Shown: positions 1 through 10,434, counted from the stretch's first letter. The stretch: 64,000 nucleotides of DNA from an uncultured Spirochaetia bacterium (GCA_964586675.1 CAZPHQ010000004.1:3031-67030); one strand, 5' to 3'. Program-made: numbers and translations. Notes: generated by a model not told the origin, from the sequence alone.

Positions 1-832
1 CGGAACGGAGATCACCGTTGCTGAAATGTCCTCGGGGCTCATGCCCGGCGCGGACAGGGATCTCGTCCGGATACTCCAGAAAAGGATCGAGGGAATATAC
101 AAAGCCGTGATGCTGGAGACGAAGGTCACGAGCCTTAAGGAAATCGAAAACGGCATGTTGGCCACTGTCGAGAAAATAAACGACAAACCCGTCCAGATGG
201 CGTTCGACAAGGTGCTCGTTTCCGTCGGCAGAAAGCCCAACAGCGAGGGCCTCGGGCTTGAAAAGACCGCAGTCGAAATAGATGCGAAGGGATTCATAAA
301 GGTGAACGAGGAGCGGCGCACTAAGGAGCCAAGCATCTTCGCCATAGGGGACGTCGCCGGGGAGCCTATGCTCGCCCACAAGGCGACCCACGAGGGGAGG
401 GTGGTTGCGGAGGTGCTCGCAGGGAAGAAGTCCGCCTTCGAGCCCAACGCGATACCGGCCGTCGTTTTCACAGACCCCGAGATCGCGTGGTGTGGGCTCA
501 CAGAAACCGAGGCCCGCGAAAAGAAGGTACCGTTCACGATAGCGAGATTCCCCTGGGCCGCATCGGGAAGGGCCTCGACGCTCGACCGCCCGGACGGCGT
601 GACGAAGCTCGTTTTGGAGCCGGAGACAGGGCGCGTTCTCGGCGTCGGGATCGCCGGGGTCGGCGCGGGAGAGCTCATTTCCGAGGGGGTCCTCGCCGTC
701 GAGATGGGCGCGCTCGCCGAAGACATCGCGCTGTCGATTCATCCCCATCCGACGCTCTCCGAAACCTTCATGGAAGCGGCGGAATCGTTCGTCAGCTCCA
801 GCACACATTTCTACAAGACAAAAAAATCCTGA
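1..832 (+). CDS. lpdA: Dihydrolipoyl dehydrogenase (E3), C-terminal part; 5' end lies outside the window
   Basis: The frame is open from the window edge. FAIGDVAG...AHKA.HEG is the NAD/central domain, and the HPHPTLSE...E dimerisation-domain signature lies near the C-terminus, typical of pyridine nucleotide-disulfide oxidoreductases. Confidence 0.85.
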   Translation, partial: GTEITVAEMSSGLMPGADRDLVRILQKRIEGIYKAVMLETKVTSLKEIENGMLATVEKINDKPVQMAFDKVLVSVGRKPNSEGLGLEKTAVEIDAKGFIKVNEERRTKEPSIFAIGDVAGEPMLAHKATHEGRVVAEVLAGKKSAFEPNAIPAVVFTDPEIAWCGLTETEAREKKVPFTIARFPWAASGRASTLDRPDGVTKLVLEPETGRVLGVGIAGVGAGELISEGVLAVEMGALAEDIALSIHPHPTLSETFMEAAESFVSSSTHFYKTKKS

Positions 833-852
833 ACCTTAGGAAGACAAAAGCT

Positions 853-2376
853 ATGAATGAAATCGCAATCGCGGAAGCCGTAGAGCAGCACGAAAGGGAA
901 ATCGCGCACATACGCATAACGCCGGAAAAGAGCCACATAAAGGCGCTCGTGGATATGGTGACCGGCATCTCCATATCGAACGGCATGGGAGCGGCCGAGG
1001 CGGAAAGGCTGGACAAAGTCCTCGCCGACATACTCGACAATATTGTGCGCCACGGTTTCGAGGGCGACACGCGAAAACCCGTCGAGGTAATCATATACCG
1101 GCGGCTCCACTCGCTCGTGATCGCCGTCGAGGACAAGGGCCTTCCCTTCGATTATGAGAAGCTCGAAAAGGGCGAGGAGGCGAGGTTCAGGGCCCACATG
1201 TCGCGCCACTACGCGGACGAGGTCAGGTTCAGGAGCCTCGGGAAGGGCGGCAACAGAACGGAGATAACGAAGAACCTTCCCGGCTCCGACATACGTAAGC
1301 AGATGGACATCTCGGAGCACCACGAGCACGTCAAATGCCCCGAGGCCCCGCACGACGAGAAGATAGACGTCGGGATGCTCGATACGAATGGGATTCACGA
1401 GCTCGTGCGTCTCGTATTCAAGTGCTACGGCTATACCTACGCGAACGACTTCATGTATTTCCCCGAGCAGATAGAGTCGCTTTTAAAATCGGGGCTCATG
1501 CTGTCGTCCGGCGCTTACAACAGCAGGAACGAGCTCATCGGGCACGTCGGCTTCATATTCAGCGCTCCGGGGGCGAGGGTCGCGGAATCGGGAGAGGCCG
1601 TCGTCGACCCGAGGTACAGGGGGCGCGGCATATTCCAGATGATGAAGAACTATCTCAAGGACTTCGTCGTGCGGGAGGACGTCGTCGGCATCTACGGCGA
1701 GGCTGTAACGGTGCACCCATACAGCCAGAAGGGGAGCATCGAGCTCGGAGGCCGGGAGACAGGATTCCTGCTAGGTTACAGTCCGGGGACGGTGAAGTTC
1801 GAGAGCATATCCGAAAACGAGAGGCCAAGGCGGCAGTCTGTCGCGATGATGTTCACTCCGCTTCTACCGAGCGGGCCAGTGACGATATACGTACCCGAGG
1901 CTTATGGGCAGGTGATTGCGGAAATATACGACAGGCTCGGCTACGGCAGGAACATCATAGCCGAGAACGACCACACCGGCGTAAAGGGGAGGCACCCCGG
2001 CGCGGCGTCGGTATCGATAAGGCACGACCACAACCAGGCGCGGATAATAATCGAGAAAATCGGCAAACTAACTATAGACGAGATTCGGTTTCACTTAAAG
2101 CACCTGACAGTCGAGCGGTTCGACTGCATATACGTCGACCTCCCCCTGAAACAGAAGGGCGCGGGGTACGTCGGATCGGTCCTCCGGGACATGGGATTTT
2201 TCTTCGGATGCGTGATACCGGAATACAGCGACGGGGACGTTTTCAGGCTTCAGTATCTTAATAACGTCGAGATTTCGAAGGACGACATCAAGACGGCGTC
2301 CGAGTTCGGGCAGAGGCTGCTGGATACTATCTTCGACGACATGGAAAGGGCGGGAGCTAGGCTGGCAAGAAAGTAA
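853..2376 (+). CDS. Fusion protein: N-terminal GHKL ATPase / anti-sigma-factor-like serine kinase domain (RsbW/SpoIIAB-like) + central GNAT acetyltransferase domain + C-terminal domain of unknown function (possibly a degenerate second GNAT)
   Basis: ATG at 853 is preceded by AGGAAG. The N-terminus (LDKVLADILDNIVRHGFEGD...VEVIIYRR..LVIAVEDKGLPFD) follows the GHKL/HATPase_c_2 pattern. AVVDPRYRGRGIFQMM is the GNAT acetyl-CoA binding motif A (R/QxxGxG/A). The longer ORF-track call from 487 is an in-frame upstream extension overlapping lpdA. Confidence 0.6.
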   Translation: MNEIAIAEAVEQHEREIAHIRITPEKSHIKALVDMVTGISISNGMGAAEAERLDKVLADILDNIVRHGFEGDTRKPVEVIIYRRLHSLVIAVEDKGLPFDYEKLEKGEEARFRAHMSRHYADEVRFRSLGKGGNRTEITKNLPGSDIRKQMDISEHHEHVKCPEAPHDEKIDVGMLDTNGIHELVRLVFKCYGYTYANDFMYFPEQIESLLKSGLMLSSGAYNSRNELIGHVGFIFSAPGARVAESGEAVVDPRYRGRGIFQMMKNYLKDFVVREDVVGIYGEAVTVHPYSQKGSIELGGRETGFLLGYSPGTVKFESISENERPRRQSVAMMFTPLLPSGPVTIYVPEAYGQVIAEIYDRLGYGRNIIAENDHTGVKGRHPGAASVSIRHDHNQARIIIEKIGKLTIDEIRFHLKHLTVERFDCIYVDLPLKQKGAGYVGSVLRDMGFFFGCVIPEYSDGDVFRLQYLNNVEISKDDIKTASEFGQRLLDTIFDDMERAGARLARK

Positions 2377-2398
2377 AGACTGCTGCGGGATCGGGGGA

Positions 2399-3112
2399 TT
2401 ACGACTTCCCGTGCACCGGCACGAAGGCCCCGCTGACGGCGCGGGCATCCTCCGAGGACAAAAACGCTATCACCTTCGCGATATCCGACGGCGGCACCCA
2501 TTTCGAATAATCACTTTCAGGCATCGCCGCCCTGTTACCGGGCGTGTCAATGGTTCCGGGGACGACTGCGTTCACGGTGATGTCGTGCTCGCGGAGCTCT
2601 TCGGCCATCGACTGCGTCAGGTTAAGAACGCCGGCCTTCGATGCCCCGTATGCGCTCATGCGAGCAGAGCCCTTCAGCGCGGGCCGGGAGCCGACGTTGA
2701 TTATCCTCCCCCAGCCGTTCATTATCATCACCGGAATAACTGCCTTCGAGCAGAGAAAAGCTGTCTTGAGATTTACGCTCATCATCGCGTCCCAGTCGTC
2801 CTCGGCAGTAGCCCCTATCGGACCCATTGCGAATCCGCCGACGACGTTAACCAGGATGTCGATGCGTGAAAATGTTTCCTCGGTTTTGGATACGAGCTTC
2901 GCGACGTGGGTCTCCCGTGTGACGTCGGCCTTTCCGAATACCACTCTCTCGCCGAAAGACTGCCGTAGCGCAAACGAGGCGTCGAGCTCTTCCTCGGTAA
3001 GATAGGTGCACATGACATTCGCGCCGCGCGTAAGGAGCTCGAACGTAACGGCCCTTCCGAGAGCGCCCGCTCCTCCCGTCACTATCGCAGTTCTGCCCCC
3101 AAGCTGGTTCAT
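2399..3112 (-). CDS. Short-chain dehydrogenase/reductase (SDR) family oxidoreductase
   Basis: Rossmann TGGAGALG motif directly after the start, then Y/K catalytic region (SAYGASKAG). The ATG at 3112 has GGAG 7 nt upstream, and the longer start at 3160 adds an unconserved extension. Confidence 0.8.
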   Translation of the reverse strand: MNQLGGRTAIVTGGAGALGRAVTFELLTRGANVMCTYLTEEELDASFALRQSFGERVVFGKADVTRETHVAKLVSKTEETFSRIDILVNVVGGFAMGPIGATAEDDWDAMMSVNLKTAFLCSKAVIPVMIMNGWGRIINVGSRPALKGSARMSAYGASKAGVLNLTQSMAEELREHDITVNAVVPGTIDTPGNRAAMPESDYSKWVPPSDIAKVIAFLSSEDARAVSGAFVPVHGKS

Positions 3113-3256
3113 CTGGACTCCGTGAATACTGGTATAATTATCAGGCCCGTCAGCCTTCAAATCAATACCGTTTCGCCCGTCTTGACTTTCACGACGCGAT
3201 AGCCATACAATAAATTCAGACCCGGGACAGCCGTAACGACCCGCGAGAGATACCGT

Positions 3257-3598
3257 ATGGAATTATTCATATCCATGAAAGCCGAACCCCTGAACAAGGG
3301 CATCTACTTCAAGGAAAGCAATATCATGCAGATGCCCACCGCCCAGTCGGCCGGGTTCTTCATAGCCGAATACAGGGAAGGCGATCCCGAAAAGCTCCGC
3401 CTCCTCCGGATGTATTCCGGCATTCTGAAGTCGAGGCTTAGCGGCGACGCCGAGTATTTCCTGGAAGAAACCGTGATCGGCTTCAAGCTCTATAAAAAAG
3501 TGGACGAGAGCAGGGAATACATGGAAGCGTGGGAAGACTGGGTCGTTTTTTCGCGCCAGCTCCTCCGAGAATTAAAGGACGTGGTCGAAGGGGACTAG
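3257..3598 (+). CDS. Hypothetical small protein (113 aa; the real start may be the internal ATG at 3326, which has an AGGAAA RBS)
   Basis: ORF only; no motif recognised. Codon usage is consistent with the surrounding genes. Confidence 0.3.
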   Translation: MELFISMKAEPLNKGIYFKESNIMQMPTAQSAGFFIAEYREGDPEKLRLLRMYSGILKSRLSGDAEYFLEETVIGFKLYKKVDESREYMEAWEDWVVFSRQLLRELKDVVEGD

Positions 3599-3738
3599 CC
3601 CCGGATTCTTGCATTTCGCCCTATCTGAGCTAATATTTTTCTTCATCTCGAACGACAAGCCGTTGTCTATCTCACCCAAGCTATTGAATATTATCGGAAT
3701 CGACGGGGCTTTCGGGGCTTAAGGAGCATTAGCGCCAA

Positions 3739-6585
3739 ATGTCAGAGGCCAAGAAGGTAAATTACAAGGACACGCTGAACCTGCCGCGTACGGACTTCCC
3801 GATGAAGGCCAACCTCGCCCAGAAGGAGCCCGAATTTCAGAAGCGCTGGAAGAAGATCGACCTCTACCAGAGAATCCGTGAGAAATCGGAGGGTAGGGAG
3901 AAGTTCGTTTTTCACGACGGCCCGCCCTACGCCAACGGACCGATACACCTCGGGCATCTCCTGAACAAGGTGCTGAAGGATATTGTCGTAAGGTCGCGCA
4001 CCATGCTCGGCTACGACGTCCACTTCGTCCCCGGCTGGGACTGCCACGGCCTCCCGATAGAGCACAAGGTCTTAAAGGAGCTTGGCGAGGAGGCGAAGGA
4101 CCTTTCACGCCTCAAGATAAGGTATAAGTGCCAGTCGTATGCCGAGAAGTATGTGAAGCTCCAGGCCGGGCAGATGCAGAGCCTCGGCACGACGGGGGAT
4201 TACGAGAATCCGTATCTTACTATGGTGCCTGGGTACGAAGCGGGCGTGCTCGAAGTTTTCGCAGAGCTTTTAAAGCGCGGCCTCATATACAGGGACTTGA
4301 AGCCTGTCCACTGGTCTATAGAAAACAGGACGGCGCTCGCCGACGCGGAGCTGGAATATTACGAAAGAGTAGACAGGAGCGTTTACGTTCTATTCGAAGT
4401 TGAAAATACGGACGCGCTGCCTCCGGGGCTTAATGTCCCGGAGGGCGGAAAGCCTTCGCTTCTGATTTGGACGACGACCCCGTGGACGCTTCCGGCGAAC
4501 CTCGCGGTCGCCATATCGCCTGACGGCGACTACGGGCTTTATAAAGTTACGAAGAACGGAAAGGAAATATTGGCGATACTCGTCGACAATCTCGCCGAGA
4601 CGGTATTCAAGAAGGCCGGGGCGGAAGAGTACGTGAAACTCGGAGGCGCTAAAGGCAGGGACATAGCGGCCGCCGGGGTGAAGTACGTGCACCCCTTCGC
4701 CGGCCGGACGAGCAGGGTTGTCACCGCCGATTACGTACTCTTCGACGAGGGCACGGGGCTTGTACATACCGCCCCCGGGCACGGCGTCGAGGACTACCAG
4801 ACCGGGCTCAGGGAAGGGCTCGACATATACTGCCCCGTTCTCGGCGACGGCACGTTCGACGACACGGTGCCGGAATGGCTCCGGGGCATGGATGTCTGGA
4901 AGGCGAACGGCGTAATCGCCGGGCGTCTCGCGGAATCGGGACACCTCTTCCACGAAGAGGAATACCCGCACAGCTACCCCCACGACTGGCGGAGCAAGTC
5001 GCCGACGATATTCCGCGCGACTGAGCAGTGGTTCATCGCCGTCGATAAGAAAATGGACGAGTTCGGAGGCTCTCTCAGGGACCTCGCGCTCAAATACTGC
5101 GAGTCTGGAATAGACTTCTACCCCGAGTGGGGGCGGAACAGGCTCCGGGGCATGCTCGAATCGAGGCCCGACTGGTGCATAAGCCGCCAGCGCGCGTGGG
5201 GCCTCCCGATACCGGCGTTTGTGAACGATAAGGGCGAGTGCCTTCTCACGCCCGCGTCCGTGAACGTCATAATCGAAAAAATAAGGCAGAAGGGCTCAAA
5301 CCTCTGGTTCCAGGGGGAGGACGAGGAAATACTCGAAGGGTACGACCCGCTCTCCGACCCCGACGCACCGGCATGGGCGAAGGAAGAGGGCGCGCTCGGG
5401 AAGCTCACGCGCGGGATGGACATATTCGACGTTTGGTTCGAGTCGGGCTCGTCGTGGCATGCCGTCCTCGAGCAGAGAGGTATTGGATTCCCGGCGGACC
5501 TTTACCTCGAAGGCTCGGACCAGCACAGAGGATGGTTCCAGCTATCCCTCCTGCCTGCGCTCGGCACGCGCGGAAGGCCGCCCTTCAAAGCGCTCCTCAC
5601 GCACGGCTTCATGGTCGACGCGCAGGGGAGAAAGATGAGCAAGTCCGGCGGGAACGCGCTCGAAGTCGATGAGCTCTTAAAGCAGCACGGAGCCGACATA
5701 TGCAGGTGGTGGGTGAGCTCGCTCAAGTATACGAACGATATAAAAGTCGACTGGGAATTCTTCCGCGTCGCCGGGGACGAGTATAGAAAAGTCAGGAACA
5801 CGATAAGGTTTCTCCTCGGCAACATAAGCGACTTCAACCCCGAGACGGATGCCGTCGGATTCGGAGAGGAGGACAGATATTCCCTCGACGCGTGGGCAAT
5901 GACGGAGCTCGCGAAATTCATACGCGAGACGGTCGAGGCCTACAGCGTCTTCCAGTACAAGCTGGCGAACGAAATAATATTCAGATTCTGCTATGACACA
6001 CTGAGCGCCGTTTACCTCGCAGCCACGAAGGACAGGCTCTACTGCGAGAGGTCTGACAGCCGGAAAAGGCGGAGGTCGCAGACGGCGATGTACCGCATCA
6101 CGGACGCCCTCGTAAGGCTCCTCGCCCCTATACTCGTTCACACGGCCGACGAGGCTTATCTCTCGCTGAAGGGACTCCCCCCGGATTCAGAAGAGAGCGT
6201 TCACCTGACGGGTCTGCCCGAGTTCATTGACGTTCCGTCGGACCAGGCATGGGACGAAGTTCTGGAGCTCAGGGGAAGGGTGCTGAAGGCGCTCGAAGAG
6301 GCCAAGGATGCGCAGGGAATATCCAATCCCCTGGACGCGGGCGTCGAGGTAACTGTTGACGGAGGGCTTTACAAAAAGCTGAAGCCGTTCGAGCCGGAGC
6401 TGCCCGACATCGCGGGCGTGAGCAGGTTCGAGATCCTCGAAGGGAAAGAGGTTCGAATAAAAATCGTCGACCTTTCGGGAGAGCCGCGCTGCGAGCGCTC
6501 GTGGAAGAGGGACGGGACAGTTAAGGAGCGCCCGGGCGGCGGACTACTCTCCGACAGGGACGCCGAAGCGCTGGGCGTGGATTAA
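3739..6585 (+). CDS. ileS: Isoleucine--tRNA ligase
   Basis: Class I aaRS HIGH motif (PYANGPIHLGH) and KMSKS motif. Size ~948 aa with the IleS-typical editing region (GTGLVHTAPGHG) and C-terminal Cys-containing tail. Confidence 0.95.
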   Translation: MSEAKKVNYKDTLNLPRTDFPMKANLAQKEPEFQKRWKKIDLYQRIREKSEGREKFVFHDGPPYANGPIHLGHLLNKVLKDIVVRSRTMLGYDVHFVPGWDCHGLPIEHKVLKELGEEAKDLSRLKIRYKCQSYAEKYVKLQAGQMQSLGTTGDYENPYLTMVPGYEAGVLEVFAELLKRGLIYRDLKPVHWSIENRTALADAELEYYERVDRSVYVLFEVENTDALPPGLNVPEGGKPSLLIWTTTPWTLPANLAVAISPDGDYGLYKVTKNGKEILAILVDNLAETVFKKAGAEEYVKLGGAKGRDIAAAGVKYVHPFAGRTSRVVTADYVLFDEGTGLVHTAPGHGVEDYQTGLREGLDIYCPVLGDGTFDDTVPEWLRGMDVWKANGVIAGRLAESGHLFHEEEYPHSYPHDWRSKSPTIFRATEQWFIAVDKKMDEFGGSLRDLALKYCESGIDFYPEWGRNRLRGMLESRPDWCISRQRAWGLPIPAFVNDKGECLLTPASVNVIIEKIRQKGSNLWFQGEDEEILEGYDPLSDPDAPAWAKEEGALGKLTRGMDIFDVWFESGSSWHAVLEQRGIGFPADLYLEGSDQHRGWFQLSLLPALGTRGRPPFKALLTHGFMVDAQGRKMSKSGGNALEVDELLKQHGADICRWWVSSLKYTNDIKVDWEFFRVAGDEYRKVRNTIRFLLGNISDFNPETDAVGFGEEDRYSLDAWAMTELAKFIRETVEAYSVFQYKLANEIIFRFCYDTLSAVYLAATKDRLYCERSDSRKRRRSQTAMYRITDALVRLLAPILVHTADEAYLSLKGLPPDSEESVHLTGLPEFIDVPSDQAWDEVLELRGRVLKALEEAKDAQGISNPLDAGVEVTVDGGLYKKLKPFEPELPDIAGVSRFEILEGKEVRIKIVDLSGEPRCERSWKRDGTVKERPGGGLLSDRDAEALGVD

Positions 6586-6618
6586 TTTAGACAGCAATCC
6601 GAACCCGCGCTGTCCTCG

Positions 6619-6960
6619 TTATCCCGGGGGCCACTCCATCTGCCGTCCGCCGAGGATGTGAAGGTGGATGTGATACACGGCCTGCCCGCCATCCTTGTTC
6701 GTGTTTATCACGACGCGATAGCCCGAATCCGAGAAGCCCTGATCCCTGGCTATCTCGGCCGCCTTGACCAGCAGATGCCCGAGGAGCGGCGCGTCCTCTT
6801 CAGTTGCTTCCGCGAGTGATTTTATCTCCTTCTTCGGGACGAGAAGTATGTGCTGCGGGGCCTTCGGGTCGATGTCGCGAAAGGAGATGCAGAGCTCGTC
6901 CTCGTAGACTATGACTGCCGGGATTTCCCTATTTATTATCTTCGTAAAAATCGAGCTCAT
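6619..6960 (-). CDS. HIT-family (histidine triad) nucleotide hydrolase
   Basis: HxHxHxx motif (VYHIHLHILGG) at the C-terminus; ~113 aa. Confidence 0.85.
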   Translation of the reverse strand: MSSIFTKIINREIPAVIVYEDELCISFRDIDPKAPQHILLVPKKEIKSLAEATEEDAPLLGHLLVKAAEIARDQGFSDSGYRVVINTNKDGGQAVYHIHLHILGGRQMEWPPG

Positions 6961-7025
6961 CTTGCACTCCTGAACAGTTTCTTGTCTCGCAGGTATCCAA
7001 GCATAACACGGCGGAAAGACACGGG

Positions 7026-8090
7026 CTATAAGTTTATGCCGGGCCAGCCCTCTATCGGATCAGTCGAACGGACGACGTGCATTCCCGCGGCCTCGAATTC
7101 GCCGAATGCCGCATCGGCCTCGTCGGTATAGTCGATCACGTTCGGAACGACGACGGGCGACGTGCAGTCTTCGAGGAGATATATCTTCCTGACGAGCGTG
7201 GCGTCTCCCTCGCGCGCCTTCTTGAGAAGATCGGCGATGGTCCACGCGACGCAGTGGCTTTTCGCCTGCCCGGCGATTACGACGGCGTCGAAGTCCGCAA
7301 GCTTCCCGTAAATCGCCTCCGACGCCATTGGTTTCTGAAATAGCGACTCTGTTCTCTGTTTCAGCGGCTTCCCGTCGGGCCCCGTCGATACTTCCGGCGC
7401 GAGGACGGAGTAGTGCTCCGTCAGCGGATGGTCGCCCTTGACGTGTATGTCGGGCTGGCTGTGCCGTGCTATCGAGTGAAAGAAAACGGCCTCCTCGACG
7501 CACGAGGCGAGGGCGTGCCCGATGCCGCCCAGCATTGCGTGGTAGGGCCACACGGTTAGCTCGTACTTCCCGGATTTCCGGAGCTCCTTCACGTAATGAA
7601 GGAGATGTTTTTCGATGTAGTCGTCGGCGTATGCAAGGTTACTGCTCAGCATCGTGTTGAATTTCCATTTACCGCTTTCTATGTCTTCGACCGATATGTT
7701 CGTGTAGGGGGCCGGGTGCTCGCCTGTGGCGTTAACGAAAAATATCCCGTGGAATATCTGCATCGCCTGGTGGGTGTCCATCGTCGGCGCGATCTCGGTT
7801 ATTGCCCCGAGGTTCCTGTATATGAACTCGCAGAGCCTCCGGTTGTCGTCCACTGCCCCCGTGCCCGAGCGGCCTCTGACGAAAAGCTCGAACCCGGGAA
7901 TGCAGAACGTATTCTGCGCGTCCACTATCACGAGCGAGACCCGGGGCGCGTCACCCGAGGCGGGGGCGAGGCCGTGCACGTCGGCCCATTCCCGTGCCGA
8001 CCGGGCAAGCGCTTCGTACTCGACCCGCCAGACCTCTCCCGCCTTTTCGGGTTTGTAATGTGAGGGCAGGGGCAGTTTCAGTTTGTTCAT
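7026..8090 (-). CDS. Isochorismatase-family cysteine hydrolase with N-terminal extension
   Basis: [11 protein letters not shown] (catalytic Asp region) and [16 protein letters not shown] (catalytic Cys region) are arranged as in the isochorismatase/nicotinamidase fold. Confidence 0.6.
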   Translation of the reverse strand: MNKLKLPLPSHYKPEKAGEVWRVEYEALARSAREWADVHGLAPASGDAPRVSLVIVDAQNTFCIPGFELFVRGRSGTGAVDDNRRLCEFIYRNLGAITEIAPTMDTHQAMQIFHGIFFVNATGEHPAPYTNISVEDIESGKWKFNTMLSSNLAYADDYIEKHLLHYVKELRKSGKYELTVWPYHAMLGGIGHALASCVEEAVFFHSIARHSQPDIHVKGDHPLTEHYSVLAPEVSTGPDGKPLKQRTESLFQKPMASEAIYGKLADFDAVVIAGQAKSHCVAWTIADLLKKAREGDATLVRKIYLLEDCTSPVVVPNVIDYTDEADAAFGEFEAAGMHVVRSTDPIEGWPGINL

Positions 8091-8232
8091 GAAGAGCTCC
8101 GTTAATGCTATCTCCCCGCTTCCGCGTGTATAAATCTAACAGAAGGGGCCGCGTTCTCCCAATCCACGGTTTGAAAAAAATATGCCTATAGACGATAATG
8201 AAATAGTCCGCTGTCCTGCGGTCGAGATTGAG

Positions 8233-8985
8233 ATGAGAGCTAATCTTTTCATTACCTGCCTCGTGGATACGTTCTTCCCGCAGGTGGGCGAAAGCATGGT
8301 GAAGGTCCTCGAAAGGCTCGGCGTAGACGTCCACTTTCCCGGAGAGCAGACGTGCTGCGGCCAGCCCGCTTTTAACAGCGGATACAGGAACGACGCGCGC
8401 GCAGTCGCCGAGAGGTTCGTCTCGGTCTTCGGGGATGCCCTTTCGAAGGGCGGGGAAGAGGAATCGTACGTGGTTTGCCCCTCCGGATCGTGCACTACCA
8501 TGGTTAAAGTATTTTATAAGGAATTATTCCATAACGAGTCTTTGATGCTTGATAAATTAGACTATATCGTCGGCAGGACGTACGAATTCTCGGAATTCCT
8601 TGTAAAGGTCCTCGGGAGAACGGACGTCGGAGCGAGATACGACGGCGTAGTCACGTATCACGACTCCTGCCACCTCCTCCGTGAGCTCGGAGTAAAGGAC
8701 GCGCCGAGGGAGCTTATCGCATCCGTTGAGGGGCTCGAGTTCAGGGAGATGGCGCTCCACGACTCCTGCTGCGGCTTCGGCGGAACATTCTCGATAAAAT
8801 TCCCGAAGGTGTCAGTCTCCATGCTCGACGAGAAGATAGAATCGATAACCGGGACAGGGGCAGATACGGTCGTCTCGTCAGACATGGGATGCCTCATGAA
8901 TATAGGCGGCGCGATAAGCAGGCGAAAGCTCCCAGTGAAGGTGATGCACTTGGCGGAGCTACTGGCAAGTACCGGTAAAGGGTAG
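8233..8985 (+). CDS. lutA: Lactate utilisation protein A (Fe-S oxidoreductase with CCG cysteine-rich domains)
   Basis: LFITCLVDTFFP...EQTCCGQPAFNSGY matches the LutA/YkgE N-terminus. The start is placed at MRANLF by alignment to B. subtilis LutA; the ORF track begins at 8182. Confidence 0.8.
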   Translation: MRANLFITCLVDTFFPQVGESMVKVLERLGVDVHFPGEQTCCGQPAFNSGYRNDARAVAERFVSVFGDALSKGGEEESYVVCPSGSCTTMVKVFYKELFHNESLMLDKLDYIVGRTYEFSEFLVKVLGRTDVGARYDGVVTYHDSCHLLRELGVKDAPRELIASVEGLEFREMALHDSCCGFGGTFSIKFPKVSVSMLDEKIESITGTGADTVVSSDMGCLMNIGGAISRRKLPVKVMHLAELLASTGKG

Positions 8986-9009
8986 GGACCGAAAATCAGC
9001 CACGAGAGA

Positions 9010-10434
9010 GTGAATTTCGAAAGGGACTCCGCGCGCGCCGTCGAAGACAAGAATCTTCAGCGGGCGCTCGTAAACGTTACAGACCGCTTCAGGGCCGCGA
9101 GGAAGCGAGCGAGCGACGAAACGCCCGGGTGGGACGCCCTCAGGGACCGCGCCCGTGAGATCAAGAAGCATACGATTGCGCATTTGGGCGATTACCTCCT
9201 CCAGCTCGAAGAGAACGTCGGGAAGGCGGGCGGACACGTCCACTGGGCGAGAGATGGCGAAGAAGCGCGAAATATCATAATCGACATCGCGCGCAGGAAC
9301 GGTGTGAAATCCGTCGTCAAGAGCAAGTCCATGGCGACGGAGGAGATAGAGCTCAACGCCGGCCTCGAGGCCGCCGGGATAAGGGCAGTTGAAACTGACC
9401 TTGGAGAGTACATCATACAGCTCGCCGGCGAGCACCCGTCGCACATAATCGCCCCCGCCATACACAAGACCCGTCACGACATATCGGAGCTCTTCGCGGA
9501 GAAGCTCGGTGTGCCGTACCTTAGCGAACCGCAGGAGTTGACGAAGGTGGCGCGTGAAAGGCTCAGGGACGAATTCCTCGGCGCGGGGATGGGCGTTTCG
9601 GGAGCGAACTTCGGCGTCGCCGAGACGGGCACAATCGTCATCGTCGAGAACGAGGGCAACGCGCGCCTGACGACAACTGTGCCCCGCATACACGTCGCCC
9701 TCATGGGCATCGAGAAGATGCTTCCGCGATTCGGGGACCTTTCGCTGTTCCTTCCCCTGCTTGTGAGAAGCGCGACGGGGCAGAAGACGTCGACATACAT
9801 ATCGCTCATCACCGGCCCACGGCGGGCCGGGGACAAAGACGGCCCCGAGGAATTTCACCTTGTTCTTCTCGACAACGGGAGGTCCGGTATACTAGCCAAC
9901 CCCGAAACGAGAGAATCGCTATACTGCATAAGGTGCGGGGCATGCCTCAACAACTGCCCCGTCTACAGAAAGGTGGGCGGGCACTCCTACGGATGGGTGT
10001 ATTCCGGCCCGATAGGCGCGATTATAAATCCCCAGCTCATGGGCATAGACGAGGCCCCGGAGCTTCCGTTCGCGTCTTCCCTCTGCGGGGCGTGCAGGGA
10101 CGTCTGCCCTGTGAAGATCGACTTTCCGAAAGTCCTGCTGGAGCTGAGGAGCGAGGTGGTAACCCGGAAAGAAAAGACCGGCGGGGCGAGCGCCCTGCTC
10201 GAAGCCCTGTCGTTTAGATTCTGGCGCGCGGTCGTCATGCGCAGAAAAATATACGAGCTCGCGCTCAGGCTTTCTTACCATGTGCAGCGGCCGTGGAAGG
10301 CGAGGGGAGGGGTGTTGAGATCCCTCCCGTATCCCTTTTCGAGGTGGACCGACGAGAGGGATTTTCCGGCTGTTAGCGAAACGCCCTTCAGGGAAAGGTG
10401 GAAGAAAATGAGCCGGAAAGGAGACACGCTGTGA
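9010..10434 (+). CDS. lutB: Lactate utilisation protein B (4Fe-4S ferredoxin-type iron-sulfur protein)
   Basis: Strong full-length similarity to LutB/YkgF as I recall it: EFHLVLLDNGRS, CIRCGACLNNCPVYRKVGGHSYGWVYSGPIGA, CGACRDVCPV. Confidence 0.9.
   Translation: MNFERDSARAVEDKNLQRALVNVTDRFRAARKRASDETPGWDALRDRAREIKKHTIAHLGDYLLQLEENVGKAGGHVHWARDGEEARNIIIDIARRNGVKSVVKSKSMATEEIELNAGLEAAGIRAVETDLGEYIIQLAGEHPSHIIAPAIHKTRHDISELFAEKLGVPYLSEPQELTKVARERLRDEFLGAGMGVSGANFGVAETGTIVIVENEGNARLTTTVPRIHVALMGIEKMLPRFGDLSLFLPLLVRSATGQKTSTYISLITGPRRAGDKDGPEEFHLVLLDNGRSGILANPETRESLYCIRCGACLNNCPVYRKVGGHSYGWVYSGPIGAIINPQLMGIDEAPELPFASSLCGACRDVCPVKIDFPKVLLELRSEVVTRKEKTGGASALLEALSFRFWRAVVMRRKIYELALRLSYHVQRPWKARGGVLRSLPYPFSRWTDERDFPAVSETPFRERWKKMSRKGDTL

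Noticed and set aside
811-2261. Long ORFs overlapping the GHKL-GNAT gene (811..1398 minus, 1335..2261 plus, 1483..1716 minus)
   Set aside because: These are antisense or alternate-frame ORFs typical of >60% GC DNA. Their translations are Arg/Pro/Gly-rich and low-complexity, and they are fully contained within a well-supported CDS.
3599-3738. T-box leader upstream of ileS
   Set aside because: I found no T-box conserved sequence (AATTAGGGTGGTACCGCG-like) or specifier/antiterminator architecture, and the leader is only ~140 nt.
3719-6141. Multiple minus-strand ORFs inside ileS (3742..4065, 4390..4983, 5677..6141 and others)
   Set aside because: They are shadow ORFs inside a gene with unambiguous HIGH/KMSKS motifs.
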